Below are positions 1 through 12,800 of a stretch of DNA of 64,000 nt, piece by piece. The notes beneath the pieces were generated by a model, which saw only the letters and a list, made by a program, of their open reading frames with translations, searched no databases and had not been told where the DNA came from. Every line of letters starts with the position of its first letter. The stretch's first letter is position 1. A program made the translations under genes and the position numbers. Source of the DNA: a virus (lineage: Duplodnaviria; Caudoviricetes); IMG/VR virus record IMGVR_UViG_3300034418_005508, positions 1,551 to 65,550 of that record, one strand, 5' to 3'.

Positions 1-3000
1 GCCTCTGCTGGATCGAGTGACTTGAATGTACCAGCCGCACCTGGGAATATATCCAGGAACTCTTTCACCCACTTCTTGTCACCCTTCTGGAATCTACCTG
101 ACCTACGCTGGTAGAACACATCTGCTTCGTTGTCTGCACCCAGGTAGTACAATCCTAAGTTCTTTGTTGCCCCGAACAACTGCCACCAGTTCTTGATCGG
201 TGTAGAGACAGCTGAGGGTGAGCTCAGTATTCTAGCAAATTCAATTGGGTTAGTGTACGCTCTCATCTCTGAGTGCAGGCGGAGTCCTTGGTATGCCAGG
301 AAGTCTGCTACGTACGAATCCATATCGTCATCGTCAAGCATGCTACCCATCAGTGTACCCAACAAACCCAGCATCCACACAAAGCCTTGCTCGTGCATGA
401 ACCTCGCCATGTTCTGTTTCTCTGTCTGAGTCATGCCGGCATACACGCTACGGAGATCGGACTTGTTGTGCCAAGCGTTGGACATGACGTTGAAGAACGT
501 TTGGTAGTAACCTTCTATGACCTGCCCACTCTCTATGTCTGTGTGTATACCACCACTACCAAAACCAAATCTCTTACGGTACCCAGGTACAAAGTAGTTG
601 CGGAAGAACATCAGCATCCTACCCATGGCATGTCTGTTGACCAGTGGCTTGTCCACGTTACCCTTGAGCTGGTTGGTCTTCTTGTTCAGACCATGCAGCC
701 TACCAATGAACTCTGACTTGCTCCACTTCCTCCCATTCAGTTTAGCAACACGCTTGTCCAAGTTGTACTGGCCGTTCTCTCCCTTTACAAACAAGTCCCA
801 CATGTCAGCAGGCTTACCATTTTTGTTGAGTATAACGTTACCGTTCTTGTCTTGGAACTTACCCTTATAGGATCTACCCAAAGCCAAGAGTCTCTCGGCT
901 GTAGTCTGGAACTCTGCTGCGTGCTGCAAGACAAATGCACTATCCAAGTTCATCTTCTTCTTGAGTGCTGACCCTGCCTCTGTACCAAACTGACCACCAA
1001 ACTCCTGCAGAGCATCTGCCCACTCCATGAGTGCCACCAGTTTGTTGTCTGTAGCAAATGGTCTAGTAACTCCTTCAGCTAATGCACCCAGCCCATTCCC
1101 GGAACGATAGGTCTTACCCCTAGCCCAGAGCAAGTCCTGCCTGCTGTAGTATTGTCCAGCCCATGCCTCTGATGCATTCATTGTGCTATCAAGTATGATC
1201 TGGTTACCAGCTTGTATCCAGTTACCTGCTAGAGCAGTGACAGCTGTAACGGTACCTGCAAACTGGGACAGCTTGTTACTGTCCAACTTACCTGTAATGG
1301 TAGCTATCACATCGTCCTTACGTATCATGGACTGCCCGTAGAATACGTTGTCCACGAACGACTCGAACTGCTTGAATGCATTGCTGTTCCGAGCACCCTG
1401 CCTGTCAACCATATCTATCCCAGCCTTCTTAGCTACAGCATCCTTCAGGTAATCACCTGTAGTGGCCATCTCCAATTGAGACCTGCTGATCATGGCAGCA
1501 CGAGTCAAGTTCACCACACCAGTCAGCTCAGACTTTGCTTTGTATCTGTGAGCCATGTCTGCAAACTTGATGATGCTGTTAGTGATGTCCTTGGACACCA
1601 ATGCTGCAGGTATGTAGTTCACATAGTACTGAGGTATCATCTTCAACGGCTCACCGTTGGCTCTTCTCAGTTCACCAAACTCTGTGTCTGTCTCCTGTGC
1701 TGTGAAGGTATCACCCAACATGTTCTTTGCAGAGTCCTTGAATCCTTTCTCTCTGTACGAGTCGTAGCTTGACTTACGTACACTTGGGAATACGAATGAC
1801 ACATCACTGAACTGATCTTTGAGCAGAGGGTTTCTACCGATCATTCTCTGAGTATCGTGGTACACCTCCAGCAACAACTCCATGTATTGCTTAGCCTCGA
1901 TTGGCATGTTGGTGTACTTTTTGTTTTCGTACTCACTCATCTTGGGTCTAGCAAGATTACCGATGTAGACTTTCTTGCCTTGATATCTCCTGACGCTGTT
2001 ACGCAGTGTGCTGGTTATATCGTTGATCTCTATGCTGAGTGCCTGCCTCTCAACTGGACTGGTGTTGGGGTCATTGATCTGCTGGAAGAGAGCAACTCTT
2101 CTACGTACAAGATCTGCCTCCACCAGTTCTGCACCGTCTATCTTCTCTGTGTTTTCGTAGTACCACTGGGCTGTAGCTTCTAGATATGCTCTCCCTTCAG
2201 CACCCTCGAAGTATTCGTCGAGGAGTGTGGGGTCTGTTGGGTAGTTGTACTTTTCTCTGAAAGACTCGTAAGCTCTACTCCTGTTCTTGTAGAACTTGTT
2301 CATGTCCTCTTGCTGTACAAACTGTACGACTTCTTTCAACTCAGATGTCTTTGTCTCTGGGTTGTAGATAGGACGCATCACTGTCTCGTATATGTCCTCG
2401 TACAACTTGTCGGGTCTGTCTTGTCCTACCCCTTTCCAGTTAACGAAGTTCTTGAATGCATCACGCAGCTTGTACTTGACTGCTATGGTATCGTCATTAG
2501 ATTGAACCAGCTTATCTCTGACTGCTGCAGCCACCAACTTGGTGATGGTGTCACTGCTGTATACTGCAGGGTCTGTCCACAGAGAGAACCAGCTGACCTT
2601 GTTATGTGTTTCACGCAACTCGTTCTCAATCTCTTCTACCCCGATTCTCTTCTCCTCCAACTGCTTGATATTCAGCTCAGTAACTGCTCTTCTGCCTTTG
2701 GTTCTAGCCTTGAGGAATCTCTTGTCGAGTCTGCTCAAACCTGAAGTGAGGAAGATGCCCTTTTCCATGTTGTCCTTCAGGTTCTTGATCTGAGAGTTCA
2801 ACTGTTCGTTTATCTCGATGGGGGCAAATGAATGCAGTGTTCTCGCCAACACTGGGATGGCTGTGTCCAAGTACTCGTTGTTCACAGCACGCATGCTGCT
2901 CACTGCTTCCTGCAGTTTAGCCAACAGGAATGTTCTCTCAGCTTCGGTACCTACTACTCCCTCCCTCAGCAACTTTGTTTCAAGCAATGCAAGCACAGAC

Positions 3001-3803
3001 TTCTTGTCGTCCTGGTTGTAGAATGCATCGATCGACTCCTTGAGCTCAGAGATATCTCTAAGTGTCTGCATCTTCTCTTTGTCAGACATCTGATCCACCC
3101 TGTCAACATCCTTCTCGATGCGTGCTATCAATGAGTTACCTGCCTTGGCTACGGTAGCTACATAGTCTACAAAGTCAAAGTAGTCACTTACCTTCTGGTG
3201 CTTATCTCTTACCTTTCTGAGGTTACGTTGCAACACCTTCAAGTCAGCTATCTGCTTTCTAGTTCTGTCGCTCTCTGGTATTCTACTTATCCTCCCAATC
3301 TCATACTCCAAGTTGGTGATGATACGGTCTGTGAGTATGTCAGCATTTTCTCTGACGTCCCCGTTCTCCTCTTCTAGTTCAGACTGTTCATCTCCCTGCT
3401 CGTTATCCTTATTCGGATTGTTGAGAGCATTGCTGTTAGCATCATTTGAGTCTAGCAAGTTGAAGTCCCCGGGCAGTATGGTCATGCGTGTAAGCACGCT
3501 GTTGTCCACCCTGACTCTGTTCAGCTTCCCCAAGCTGTCTGTCAAGAAGAGTGGTTTGCCTCCTCGAAACACATCAACCGTCATTCTGTTGATGGCATTG
3601 ATAACTTTCATTGAGTCCTCTGCAGCATCTGATAGTGTAACATAGCTACCTATGCCTTCATCGAACTCTACCATCCCAGACTCAGCGAACTTCTCCATTA
3701 ACTGAAGAGGGGTTCTCGATCCAGGATCTGTCTCCTCAATGTAGTTGAGCATACTGTCCAGCTCGGGAGCACTTACCCCATTGAAATCATACTTACACGC
3801 CAT
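1..3803 (-). CDS. Large virion cargo/ejected protein following the virion RNAP (partial, runs off the left edge; >1260 aa)
   Basis: Absent from the ORF track because there is no stop in the window. ATG at 3803 overlaps the RNAP stop (TAATG). The start (MACKYDFNGVSAPELDSM...) and the left edge (...FYQRRSGRFQKGDKKWVKEFLDIFPGAAG) translate in the same frame; the interior was only spot-checked. Position matches the last large cargo gene of crAss-like phages. Confidence 0.85.
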   Translation of the reverse strand, partial: MACKYDFNGVSAPELDSMLNYIEETDPGSRTPLQLMEKFAESGMVEFDEGIGSYVTLSDAAEDSMKVINAINRMTVDVFRGGKPLFLTDSLGKLNRVRVDNSVLTRMTILPGDFNLLDSNDANSNALNNPNKDNEQGDEQSELEEENGDVRENADILTDRIITNLEYEIGRISRIPESDRTRKQIADLKVLQRNLRKVRDKHQKVSDYFDFVDYVATVAKAGNSLIARIEKDVDRVDQMSDKEKMQTLRDISELKESIDAFYNQDDKKSVLALLETKLLREGVVGTEAERTFLLAKLQEAVSSMRAVNNEYLDTAIPVLARTLHSFAPIEINEQLNSQIKNLKDNMEKGIFLTSGLSRLDKRFLKARTKGRRAVTELNIKQLEEKRIGVEEIENELRETHNKVSWFSLWTDPAVYSSDTITKLVAAAVRDKLVQSNDDTIAVKYKLRDAFKNFVNWKGVGQDRPDKLYEDIYETVMRPIYNPETKTSELKEVVQFVQQEDMNKFYKNRSRAYESFREKYNYPTDPTLLDEYFEGAEGRAYLEATAQWYYENTEKIDGAELVEADLVRRRVALFQQINDPNTSPVERQALSIEINDITSTLRNSVRRYQGKKVYIGNLARPKMSEYENKKYTNMPIEAKQYMELLLEVYHDTQRMIGRNPLLKDQFSDVSFVFPSVRKSSYDSYREKGFKDSAKNMLGDTFTAQETDTEFGELRRANGEPLKMIPQYYVNYIPAALVSKDITNSIIKFADMAHRYKAKSELTGVVNLTRAAMISRSQLEMATTGDYLKDAVAKKAGIDMVDRQGARNSNAFKQFESFVDNVFYGQSMIRKDDVIATITGKLDSNKLSQFAGTVTAVTALAGNWIQAGNQIILDSTMNASEAWAGQYYSRQDLLWARGKTYRSGNGLGALAEGVTRPFATDNKLVALMEWADALQEFGGQFGTEAGSALKKKMNLDSAFVLQHAAEFQTTAERLLALGRSYKGKFQDKNGNVILNKNGKPADMWDLFVKGENGQYNLDKRVAKLNGRKWSKSEFIGRLHGLNKKTNQLKGNVDKPLVNRHAMGRMLMFFRNYFVPGYRKRFGFGSGGIHTDIESGQVIEGYYQTFFNVMSNAWHNKSDLRSVYAGMTQTEKQNMARFMHEQGFVWMLGLLGTLMGSMLDDDDMDSYVADFLAYQGLRLHSEMRAYTNPIEFARILSSPSAVSTPIKNWWQLFGATKNLGLYYLGADNEADVFYQRRSGRFQKGDKKWVKEFLDIFPGAAGTFKSLDPAE

Positions 3804-6800
3804 TATTCACACTTTTTTTGTATGGACATTACCTGCTTCATTTCCTCGAAGTCATCTATCGCTTTCTCTGTCTGTGCATTCAACATCTCTACAGCATAAC
3901 CTGCCATAGATTTTGCACCGGTTCTGGTAACGTCCTTGTTTGCTTGTGCAGTTATGATACTGCTGGTTCCTGAGGTTGTCCCACTCTCATCACGCAAGTT
4001 AACCTCAAACAACTTACCATTGATACTCTTCTGTTGTACAGGCTCCCAGGTGTACTTGCTCTTTCTCTGCAGCAGGGTATACCTGTCAGTTTTCTTTGAC
4101 CCTATGTTGCGCACCTTGATGAACACTGGGTATGCATCTGGGTTTTTCTTTGCACTGAACGTACCGTCAGCGTTCTTCTTGAACATACCCTTGAGCTTCT
4201 TGGTGTCGTACCCAACAGTCTGAACCAAGTCTCTACCATCAACTGTGGAGAGTCCGTAGGTTCTCATGTACTCGAACAAGAATGGGTCGAAGTACTGTGG
4301 GTTGTTCTGAGCTCTGCTCATCTGACGTCTGACGAACTCTGCAGCTGTAGGGAACAGCGGTGTACCGTTCTGATCCTTGAGCTCAGAGCGTCTCTTTGTC
4401 ATGAAGTACTCTACAGGTATGCTGTCGAAGTACGAACCGAACGTAGGAGATGCACCAGTTCTAACCAGTGAGTTCAAGATGAGGTCCTCAGCAAACTCCT
4501 TGATGGCTGTCTGCAGCTTTGGGTCAGAGGTATACTTCCTTGGATTCTCCAAGAGTTCCTGGAAGTCCCTCTTCATCAGGTTACGCATGTCCGTAGACTT
4601 GTCGTCTATGTTGTTCATCTCAACACCAAACGTTCTGCTCTTCTTTGTGGTCTTCACTGACGCTATCCTGGAGATTACGTAGTTGTCTTGCAGTCTAGGT
4701 ACAGCTCTTCTGAGCCTAGCAGCTTTGGCTGCTATGTTGGTTCTCTTGTCCAGGAATAGCTCCTTCGCTCTCTCGGTTGTAAGCATATCAGCAAACGGAT
4801 TGATGTCTGTCTGCTTCCCGTTTATGCTCACAAACTCTGGTCTGGTCATCATCCAGTAGAACGCTGCACGGTTGACTGCTCTGTGCTGGGCAGCACTAAA
4901 GTCTCTTGTACCTACAGCTTCCATCACCCTCGTCTTGAAGTTGTTCATAGACTGGCTGGATGAACCAAAGTAGTTGTTGGAGAGGGACAGTACTTCGGTT
5001 ATCAAGTTGTAGTACGACTGTGATATACCGAACTGGTTGTCCACCAAGAACTGTTGTACGGCACCCATGCTGATGATGGGGCTTGTATTCTTAGAATACT
5101 TCTGCAGCTTGCCAAGGTATCCTTGTATCTCCCCTATCTCACCCAACCCATCCAGGGTATCAGGTGCAATGATCTCGTAGAACTCTTGCAGTTCTTCACC
5201 CCTCATCAGACCGATTGCAAAGTTGTTGAACAGCTTGTTCTCGAGTTCTTTGGCCTCGCCTTGCAGCCCCTTTTTACCAGCTCGGCGTGCACTCTGCAAC
5301 ACACTGAGTACATCGTCCTTTGTGAAACTCTGTATACGAGTCTTAGCTTTCATCTGCTTCTGGTCCATGAAGCTGATACCCATCTCCTTCAATGCCATCT
5401 TTACACTGAGAGGTCCTGTCTCACTACCGATACCCTTACGCAGTTCCACAAACTTGAGGACTGATGGTATGTTCATGAGTCCTTCTATTGCTACAAGGTC
5501 ATCGTTGACTGTTGCATCTGTCATGAAAGAACCGAAGAACACTGTGGCTGCGTGTGTGAACTTGTTGTCGTTTGTCAAACCAGGGATAGGAGTCTTACCC
5601 GCATCGAGGTGTGAAGACAGCTTCTCTTGGAAGTATCCTGCCACAGCTCTAGATGATCTGATGCCTGTTCTTGACACACCATTGAGTGTGAAGTGAGACC
5701 TACCGTTAACAGATGTACCCTGCTTACCGTCTTGTACAACTTCACCCTGGCTGGCAATTGCATATCCTGCCATGGCTTTTGCATACACACCCACACCTGT
5801 TGCAGATGACTTAAACTTCTGCTCCATCTCTATCTCTACGAGTGGGTGCCAGAATGGGTAGTCTGTTTTAAGCAGGTCTTTCTTCAGTACATCTTTAGTG
5901 AACGCCTCAAGTCTGTTTGTGTTCAGAGGCTTGAACGTTTCTACAGTGTGGTTGGGGGACATAGAGATGGCCTCTATGATATCCAACATGCTGTTACGTA
6001 TGGCTGACTCAGACTGCATCTCCAATGGGAGCAGTGGGTCTATAGCATCCTTTGTGAATCCTTCTCTTGCACTACCACTGAACTCAGGGAACATGGTAAA
6101 CATCTTATCGATGTCAAAGTCAGAACCTGTTTGTTCGGTAATGTTGGCTGGCACCATCACAGTCTTCTTGTGAGACTTTGGGAGTATACCTGCCACTTTG
6201 GCTATCACTGTCGATGACTTACCCTGGTGTGGTATACGGTACATCACCATACGTCTCAACTCCTCAGGTATCTCTGACAAGTTATCTCCAGGCTTGAGAC
6301 CATACTTCTTGGCTATGTCTGGTGAGATCATAACCTCAGCATGTCTTGTAAACCCGTTGTCATCCACACTCAGGTATCTCAGCTCTCTCTTCTCGTATTC
6401 ACCTGTCTCGTAGTTGAACACATTGAACGTACCAGGCGCTGCAACCTGCACCATCTCCTTACCCTTCATGAACATCTTGAACACTCTGGTACGGAACATA
6501 GAGAAGAACAAGTTCTCGTACTCCTTGAGGTATGTTGGGAAGCCAAGTGGGAGAGCGAAGTCCACCTCGTTGGTGATCGGGTCAGCTATGATGTTAAGCT
6601 GAGCTTCTATGTTCTCATCAAGCTGGTCTCTCTCCATCTTGTTTCTCAGGAACACGTCCCGCATCTTTTTGAGGGCCTCCACCTTTTTGTCCTCAGGTAT
6701 CAAACCTGTTCTTGGGTCAACCTCGTCAAGTCCTAGCTCTTCCTTGAGCTCTTGCATTGCTCTTCTCTGAAGCTCCTTGAATGAGTTGTGGAATCGCTCC

Positions 6801-9800
6801 TTAATCTCCAACCCAGATATTGGTTCGGACTGTATGTCTGTACCGTAGTTGAGCACGTATGTGTCAGTTGGGTTGACAAGCATGAGTGTACTCTTGGTGA
6901 TCTGCTTGTTCAATCTCACAACGTCAGTACCCTTGTCTGCTATGTTCTGAGGCATCAGCAATCTCTCACCCTGTTGCTGCACGATGACCTGCTCGTTCTT
7001 CATCTCCAAGAACTGCTCGTATGGTACAGCTCTTTCCTTGCTGCCCTTCTTGCCTGTAACAAAGTTGACCAAATCAATTGGTGCAGTGGGGTCCATCATA
7101 CGTTCGTACAACCGTCCCAGCACATCACTCTGTGCAGCAATCTCAGGTGTCAGTACGAAGTATGAGTTCTTGTCTGCTTCGATGGTAAGTGTGTTGCCTC
7201 CGTGCAGTTTGAGGTTCTCGTAGTAGAACTTGTAAGGTGCAGTGTATTCTGCCTTCCACTTACCCATAGCAGCTGCTATGTTAGAACCAGCTTTGTCGAA
7301 CTCTTTGTACCACTCTTCCTGTTCTGGTGTCCATCTACCATTACCCTGTTCGATCTTACGAGCGAATGCTGGGGAGATGATACCCTGTGCGTCAGTAGCA
7401 TTTGCTACCCCAGTCATATATCTCTTGGCCATCCCGTCTGCCTCCTCTTCCGTAGCTCCGTTTGCCAAAGCGGCTTTCTTTATACCAGCAGCTATCTCGG
7501 TATGGACAGGGTCAGATGTAGTGAAGTCCTCTAGGGTTGCTGTGTTGAAGATTCTCTTCATACCGTACTCCGGGCTTCTAGAGAAGTCACCCTCCATGTA
7601 CATGCGGTTACCTGGTGTGTTGATCAGGCCCATACGCTTGAAGTAGTCTACTGTATCCTTGAACATCTGAGTTCCACCACGGAATGTCTTAGACATTGAG
7701 ATGCGATAGATCATATCATCTGCCACAAACTGTCTGATGGCAGAGTCAAGTCCTCCCTCGTTCTTGATGCCAGCAGAGTCAAAGCTGTGCTCGAATTTCT
7801 GTGTGCCTTCTATCTGACGTATGATACCGTAATCCTTGAGCTTCTGCCTGACCTCACTGACTGCCTTGTTGAAGTTGTTGTCATGGAACTCTTCTGCGAG
7901 ACCTATCACTTCGTTGACGGTGTCTCTGTACATGTCCCCTTCGTCCTGCTCTTTGAATGCTTTGTGCAATCTCTTAGCCAACGTTTCAAGCTTGCTGCCT
8001 TTCTTCACTCTACCAAGCAGGTAAGTATCACGGAATGTGGTATCCTGCTTTCCATACTTGTTGTGGTACCCAGGTATTAGCTCACCCCCATTCTTTATGG
8101 TCTCAAGTGCTGCACCAATACCAAGCAGGTCTTGCACCATGATGTTACGGATGTAAGTCTTGACATCTGAGTTGGTGATACCATACTCAGTAGCAGCACC
8201 AGCCTTGGTGAGCTTAGGCAGACCCTTGATAAGTGTAAGCCTGTTACGAGTCTCCTGTGTAGATACTGCTATTGTGCTCTCTGTAGGGTTGTTGCTGTTC
8301 AGGTATGCATCTATGCGGAGTATGAGAGAGTCACGTTCAAACAAAGTCTTGTACGTAGTCTTACCTACCTCGTCTGATGTGTTCTTCACCACGTCAAACT
8401 CACCAAACATCGGGGTGAACTTGCTCTTCTTCATCAGCAGGAAGAACGGGTCTTGGAACTCTGCTCTACCATACACACTGAACCTCGGGTCTTTCTCCAT
8501 CAGCTTGTGCAGTGAAGTAGCATCCCCGTTCGTTACCTGTGACATCAAGTAGTTGAAGTGTGTTGGGAGGTTGTATGCGTAACGCATCTTACCATCACCA
8601 CCCACAAAGCCCATGGCCTCCATAGCTTCTATACGAGGAGCTATTTCTTTGGCCAAGTACTGTATGCCTGTATAGATTCTCTTACCTCTTGGTGTTCTTG
8701 CAGTGAACATGTCACGTACATTTTCAGAGGGGGAGATCTTACCTATGTCGTTACCTATCTGACGTGTGTCGAATGCACTACCGATCAGTTGGTTGATGAA
8801 TATCTTCTGAGCAAACTGCTTCAAGACATCGATCTCATCCAGCTGCCCCTGACGTACGAGGTTCATCTCGTCTGTCTTGGCAGAGATGTATGTCTTAAGT
8901 ATCTGTCTGGACAGCTCTCTTGAGTCAGTTGTTCTCAGACCCAAGTCGAACAGCATGTCAGACATAGCCTCCACTCTGTCAGCCAAAGGTCTTGATGGGT
9001 CTTGGTATATCTGTCGGCTCTCTTCTATACGCTTAGCTCTTTCCTCTGCGTCCTTAACAGTAAGCTTACCGTTCTCATCTTCGACATAGAAAGCGTCTGG
9101 GTTCTCAATACCAAGGGTCTCACGGTTTGTTCTCCACCGCTCCAGCATCGTTCTGTCCTGAGACATTCTATCTGAGTCGTAGCTGAAGACTCTCTTCTTG
9201 TCATCAGAGAAGTCACGCTCGAACACCATGTGAGTTGTGTAGTCAAGTCTAAACAGGTTAGTGATCAGAGCATGCTCATGTGCTTGTATAGATGGGGAGT
9301 CCAAGTAGTCTACCAGTGGTCTCAACTCTGGGTTGAAACTCTGAGCCTTACGGAGAGCATCCATGATGTTGTCTGTGCTCTGCTGGTTCTTAGCTGCAGA
9401 AACTGCTTTACGGACAATGGTATCCATGTTAGCGTAAGTGACAACCCCAAGTCTGTTGGGTGCTGCTGACTTGATCTTAGAGATTGCAATGCGAGCCATG
9501 CGAGACATGCGTGCATCGTCAAGTGGTGACATCTCGAACTGACCCTTGTCGTATATCTTGTCGAAGTGCTGTTGCTGCTCTTCTGACATTGTCTCGTACT
9601 CAGCTACTGTATCGATCAGCTTAACGTCATACCCTTTCTGCTGCAGTGACTCAAGCATGATGCTTCTCCACCCAGTAGTCAACGGGTTCTCGAACTGATC
9701 GTTTGTGCTTTGATCATTCCAGTTCATGTACACATCCTGATACATGAACGAGATGTTCTGCTGCATGCTTGTTGGGAGGCCTAGCGTACCAGTATGCACG

Positions 9801-12800
9801 TCGTTGTGTGGCATGTCTTGTATGCCGTTCTCCTGCATATACTCTCTTGCCTCCTGCAGTTGGCCTGCATCGATCAGTGATCTGATGTACTCGAATGTAT
9901 CGTTGTCCAGCTGTGAACCATTTGCATTGGACATGCTGGCTCTCAAGAACCATGATGCTACAGACCCCTTGTCGTTCTTGTTACCGATGATGTCACCAAC
10001 TGTTGCTGGGGACACCTCACCATACTCACCTTTGATCTCTGACAACCTATCGTGGTAGTCTTTCTCAAACTGCAGAGCTATGGTTTCTCTCAGATCTCTG
10101 TGCAGTTCTTTGTGTGAAGCGTACCGCTCATTGAATCTGTTGACCCCGCCTACAGGTGGTGCCAAAGTCTTTGCTGTGCGTGCATAGCTCTTAGGAACAT
10201 TGTTCGCTTCTATCAAAGAGTACAGCTGACGCATGCCTACAGGATTTGTAAGCATTGCACGTATCATGTTGTACAAGTCTCTGAAGAACTTACGGATACG
10301 GCCTGGGAGCGAGTTGGCTGTTTCTTGCTGAGCAAACACATAGTCACGGAAGTCCTCCGCCATCTTCTCTTCAAGTGCAAGCTCTCTCAGCTCTCTAGTG
10401 CTAAGCTCGGGGAACATTCTCTTGAGTGCCCCGATCTCGTCTTGGGTTGGTCTGCCGAACCTCTTCATTGCTTCAGCATACAACCCCATACGTTGTTGGT
10501 CACTGAGCAGTGTGCGGAATACAAAGTGGAATCCTTCGTGGTATTCTGTACCTACCTCACCTTGTGTCCACAGTTTGACACCTGCACGCTCCATGTATCC
10601 GTGCACATATCCATTACCAATCTGTCTAGCCTGTTCGTAGAACTCTACTGGTATGCCCCTTGCTGACAACCATGATGCAGCCTTCTGCTTATCCAGCATC
10701 TGGTACTCCAAGGATGTCATCAGTCTTGGTACGAAGTTTATGTCAGGGAAAGACTCATTGACTGTCTTTCTAGCCTCTGCTTCTGGTATGCCTTCGTCGA
10801 GCATACGCTGATACATTGTGCTGGCTCTTCTCTTGCGTCTTTCTGCAATGCCCCTCTTTGCCCTCTCTAGTTGCTCAGCGGCTTCCTGACTTCCTTCTTC
10901 TTCCCACTGTTTAGTAAGATCCTCCAGTTCTTTCTGACCCTCTTCGTACTTCCTACGAGCTTCCTCCTCGTTGTAGGGCTCGTACTTCTTCTGCTCTGTC
11001 TGACCAATAGGTGACTGTGCAAACGGGGAGAATCCTTCGTTGTCTTGTTCTACTGTTGTGTTACGTCTAGAAGTTTCAGGAGATGGGGTAACCACATCTG
11101 ATACACCCTCGTCAGTCTTGTTAGCAGTAGTTTGTGGGGGAGCTTCTTGTTGCTTCTCACCATTGACTTCAAACTTGGGGCTGAACTCCAAACCTATATC
11201 AATGAACGGGGTCTTACCATCTACATTCTTTGCAGTAGAACCAAGGATACCTTTAGTACCATGGTCACGTGGGGCACCTGTAGCTTCGTTTGTCAGGTAC
11301 TCGAAGTATGTAGCACTGCTGTTCTCTGCCTCTGGTCTCAGTGGGTTTACAATTCTTTGCCCGGTATCGTCACCGTTCAACAGGTTCTTGTCTACCTGGA
11401 ACTTCTTACGTGACAGCACGTTTCTAAGTATCGTGTCCAGGTTATCTGTCAACTCCTTGGCTTGATCCGTGTACTCAGCCGTCAACGGTGTAAACGAGAC
11501 CTCACCCTCATCGTTTCTGTAAGGCTTGACTACAAGGTTGATTACCTCTGCAGTACCCTTGTTGCCTTGTGACAACAGGTCACCTCGTCTCTTACCATCA
11601 TACCAACGACGTATGACCTCACTGCTCACCTGCATCATGAGCCCGTCAGGAAGCAAAGGTTCACCCTTGCTATCTACGGGTCTGAATGTGAAGATGGCTT
11701 CTCCTGTCTCACCCATCTTCTCAGCAGCCAGGAACTTGTCCTGCAGTGCTAGCTCGTTTGATTCATCAAGGAGGTATGCAACGTTCAAACCAACCAAAGC
11801 TCTGAGCATTGCTTCGTTACCCTCCTTCATATAGTCAATGGCCTTTGCCACAGCCTCTTCTGTAAGGTTAGCTGTGTTGGCTACAATGACTCTGTGCTTA
11901 CCTGTAGGGTCAGCCACGAGGAACACTACCTGACCTTTGGCGATGTTCATGCCGTTGTCAGTGACGTCGTTGAGTCTAGCTTCTATCTCATTAACATCTG
12001 TTCTCAACTGCACCAGTTGCTCTGCAGTCATTGTTTTGGCAAGACCGTCGTCGAACAATCCTAGCTCTACTGTCTTACCCTCAGTGTCAGGGTTCTCCCC
12101 AATCACAGCTACAATGGTGTTTGGACCAAGTGCTTCTGATGGGTTGTAGAAGTGTGGGTTACGTGTGTCGCTGTTGGCTGCAGTAAAGATGTTGCTAGCC
12201 AGCATGTTAGATACAGTCGTAGTGACTGCTCTTGGATTGCCCTGCTTGGCCTGTTCCCAAGCTACCTGACGCATAGGAGAGTCTGATGCATCAAGCACCC
12301 CAACAACCTGCCCGTCTATCTCAACGTACATAGGTACGTTGTATGCGGGGTCCATCTTCTCTTCAGGTGTAGCCTCGTTGTTCCACCAGTCTGTGTCTTG
12401 TCTTACGACTATAGTGACAGTCTTACCCTCCAAGTTGTCATGGAGATATGCTCTGTTGGTTATAATGTACTGACCATCTGCAGTATGCCTACTAGTGGAA
12501 TCATCTTTGTTTATCTGTTGACCACTGTCATCTACCAGCACTCTACCATTCTTATCAATCACAAGTGTAGCGCCCCTAGCCTCTCTGGTCATACGGCTAG
12601 AGTTGTCACTGACCGCTCTCTTTTGTGCTTCCCCCACAACTTCCTGCTCCTTAGCTTGAGTCTTACCCTCTTGCTCTGAGAGTGCAGCTCCTGTATCTCT
12701 ACTTTCAGCAGCTTCATTTACATCCCTTTTCCGCTTGTCTGCTTTTGCTTTGTCGCTAGACTTCAAGTTGTGCAGAGGTTCCTCTTGCTTTCTATTCTTT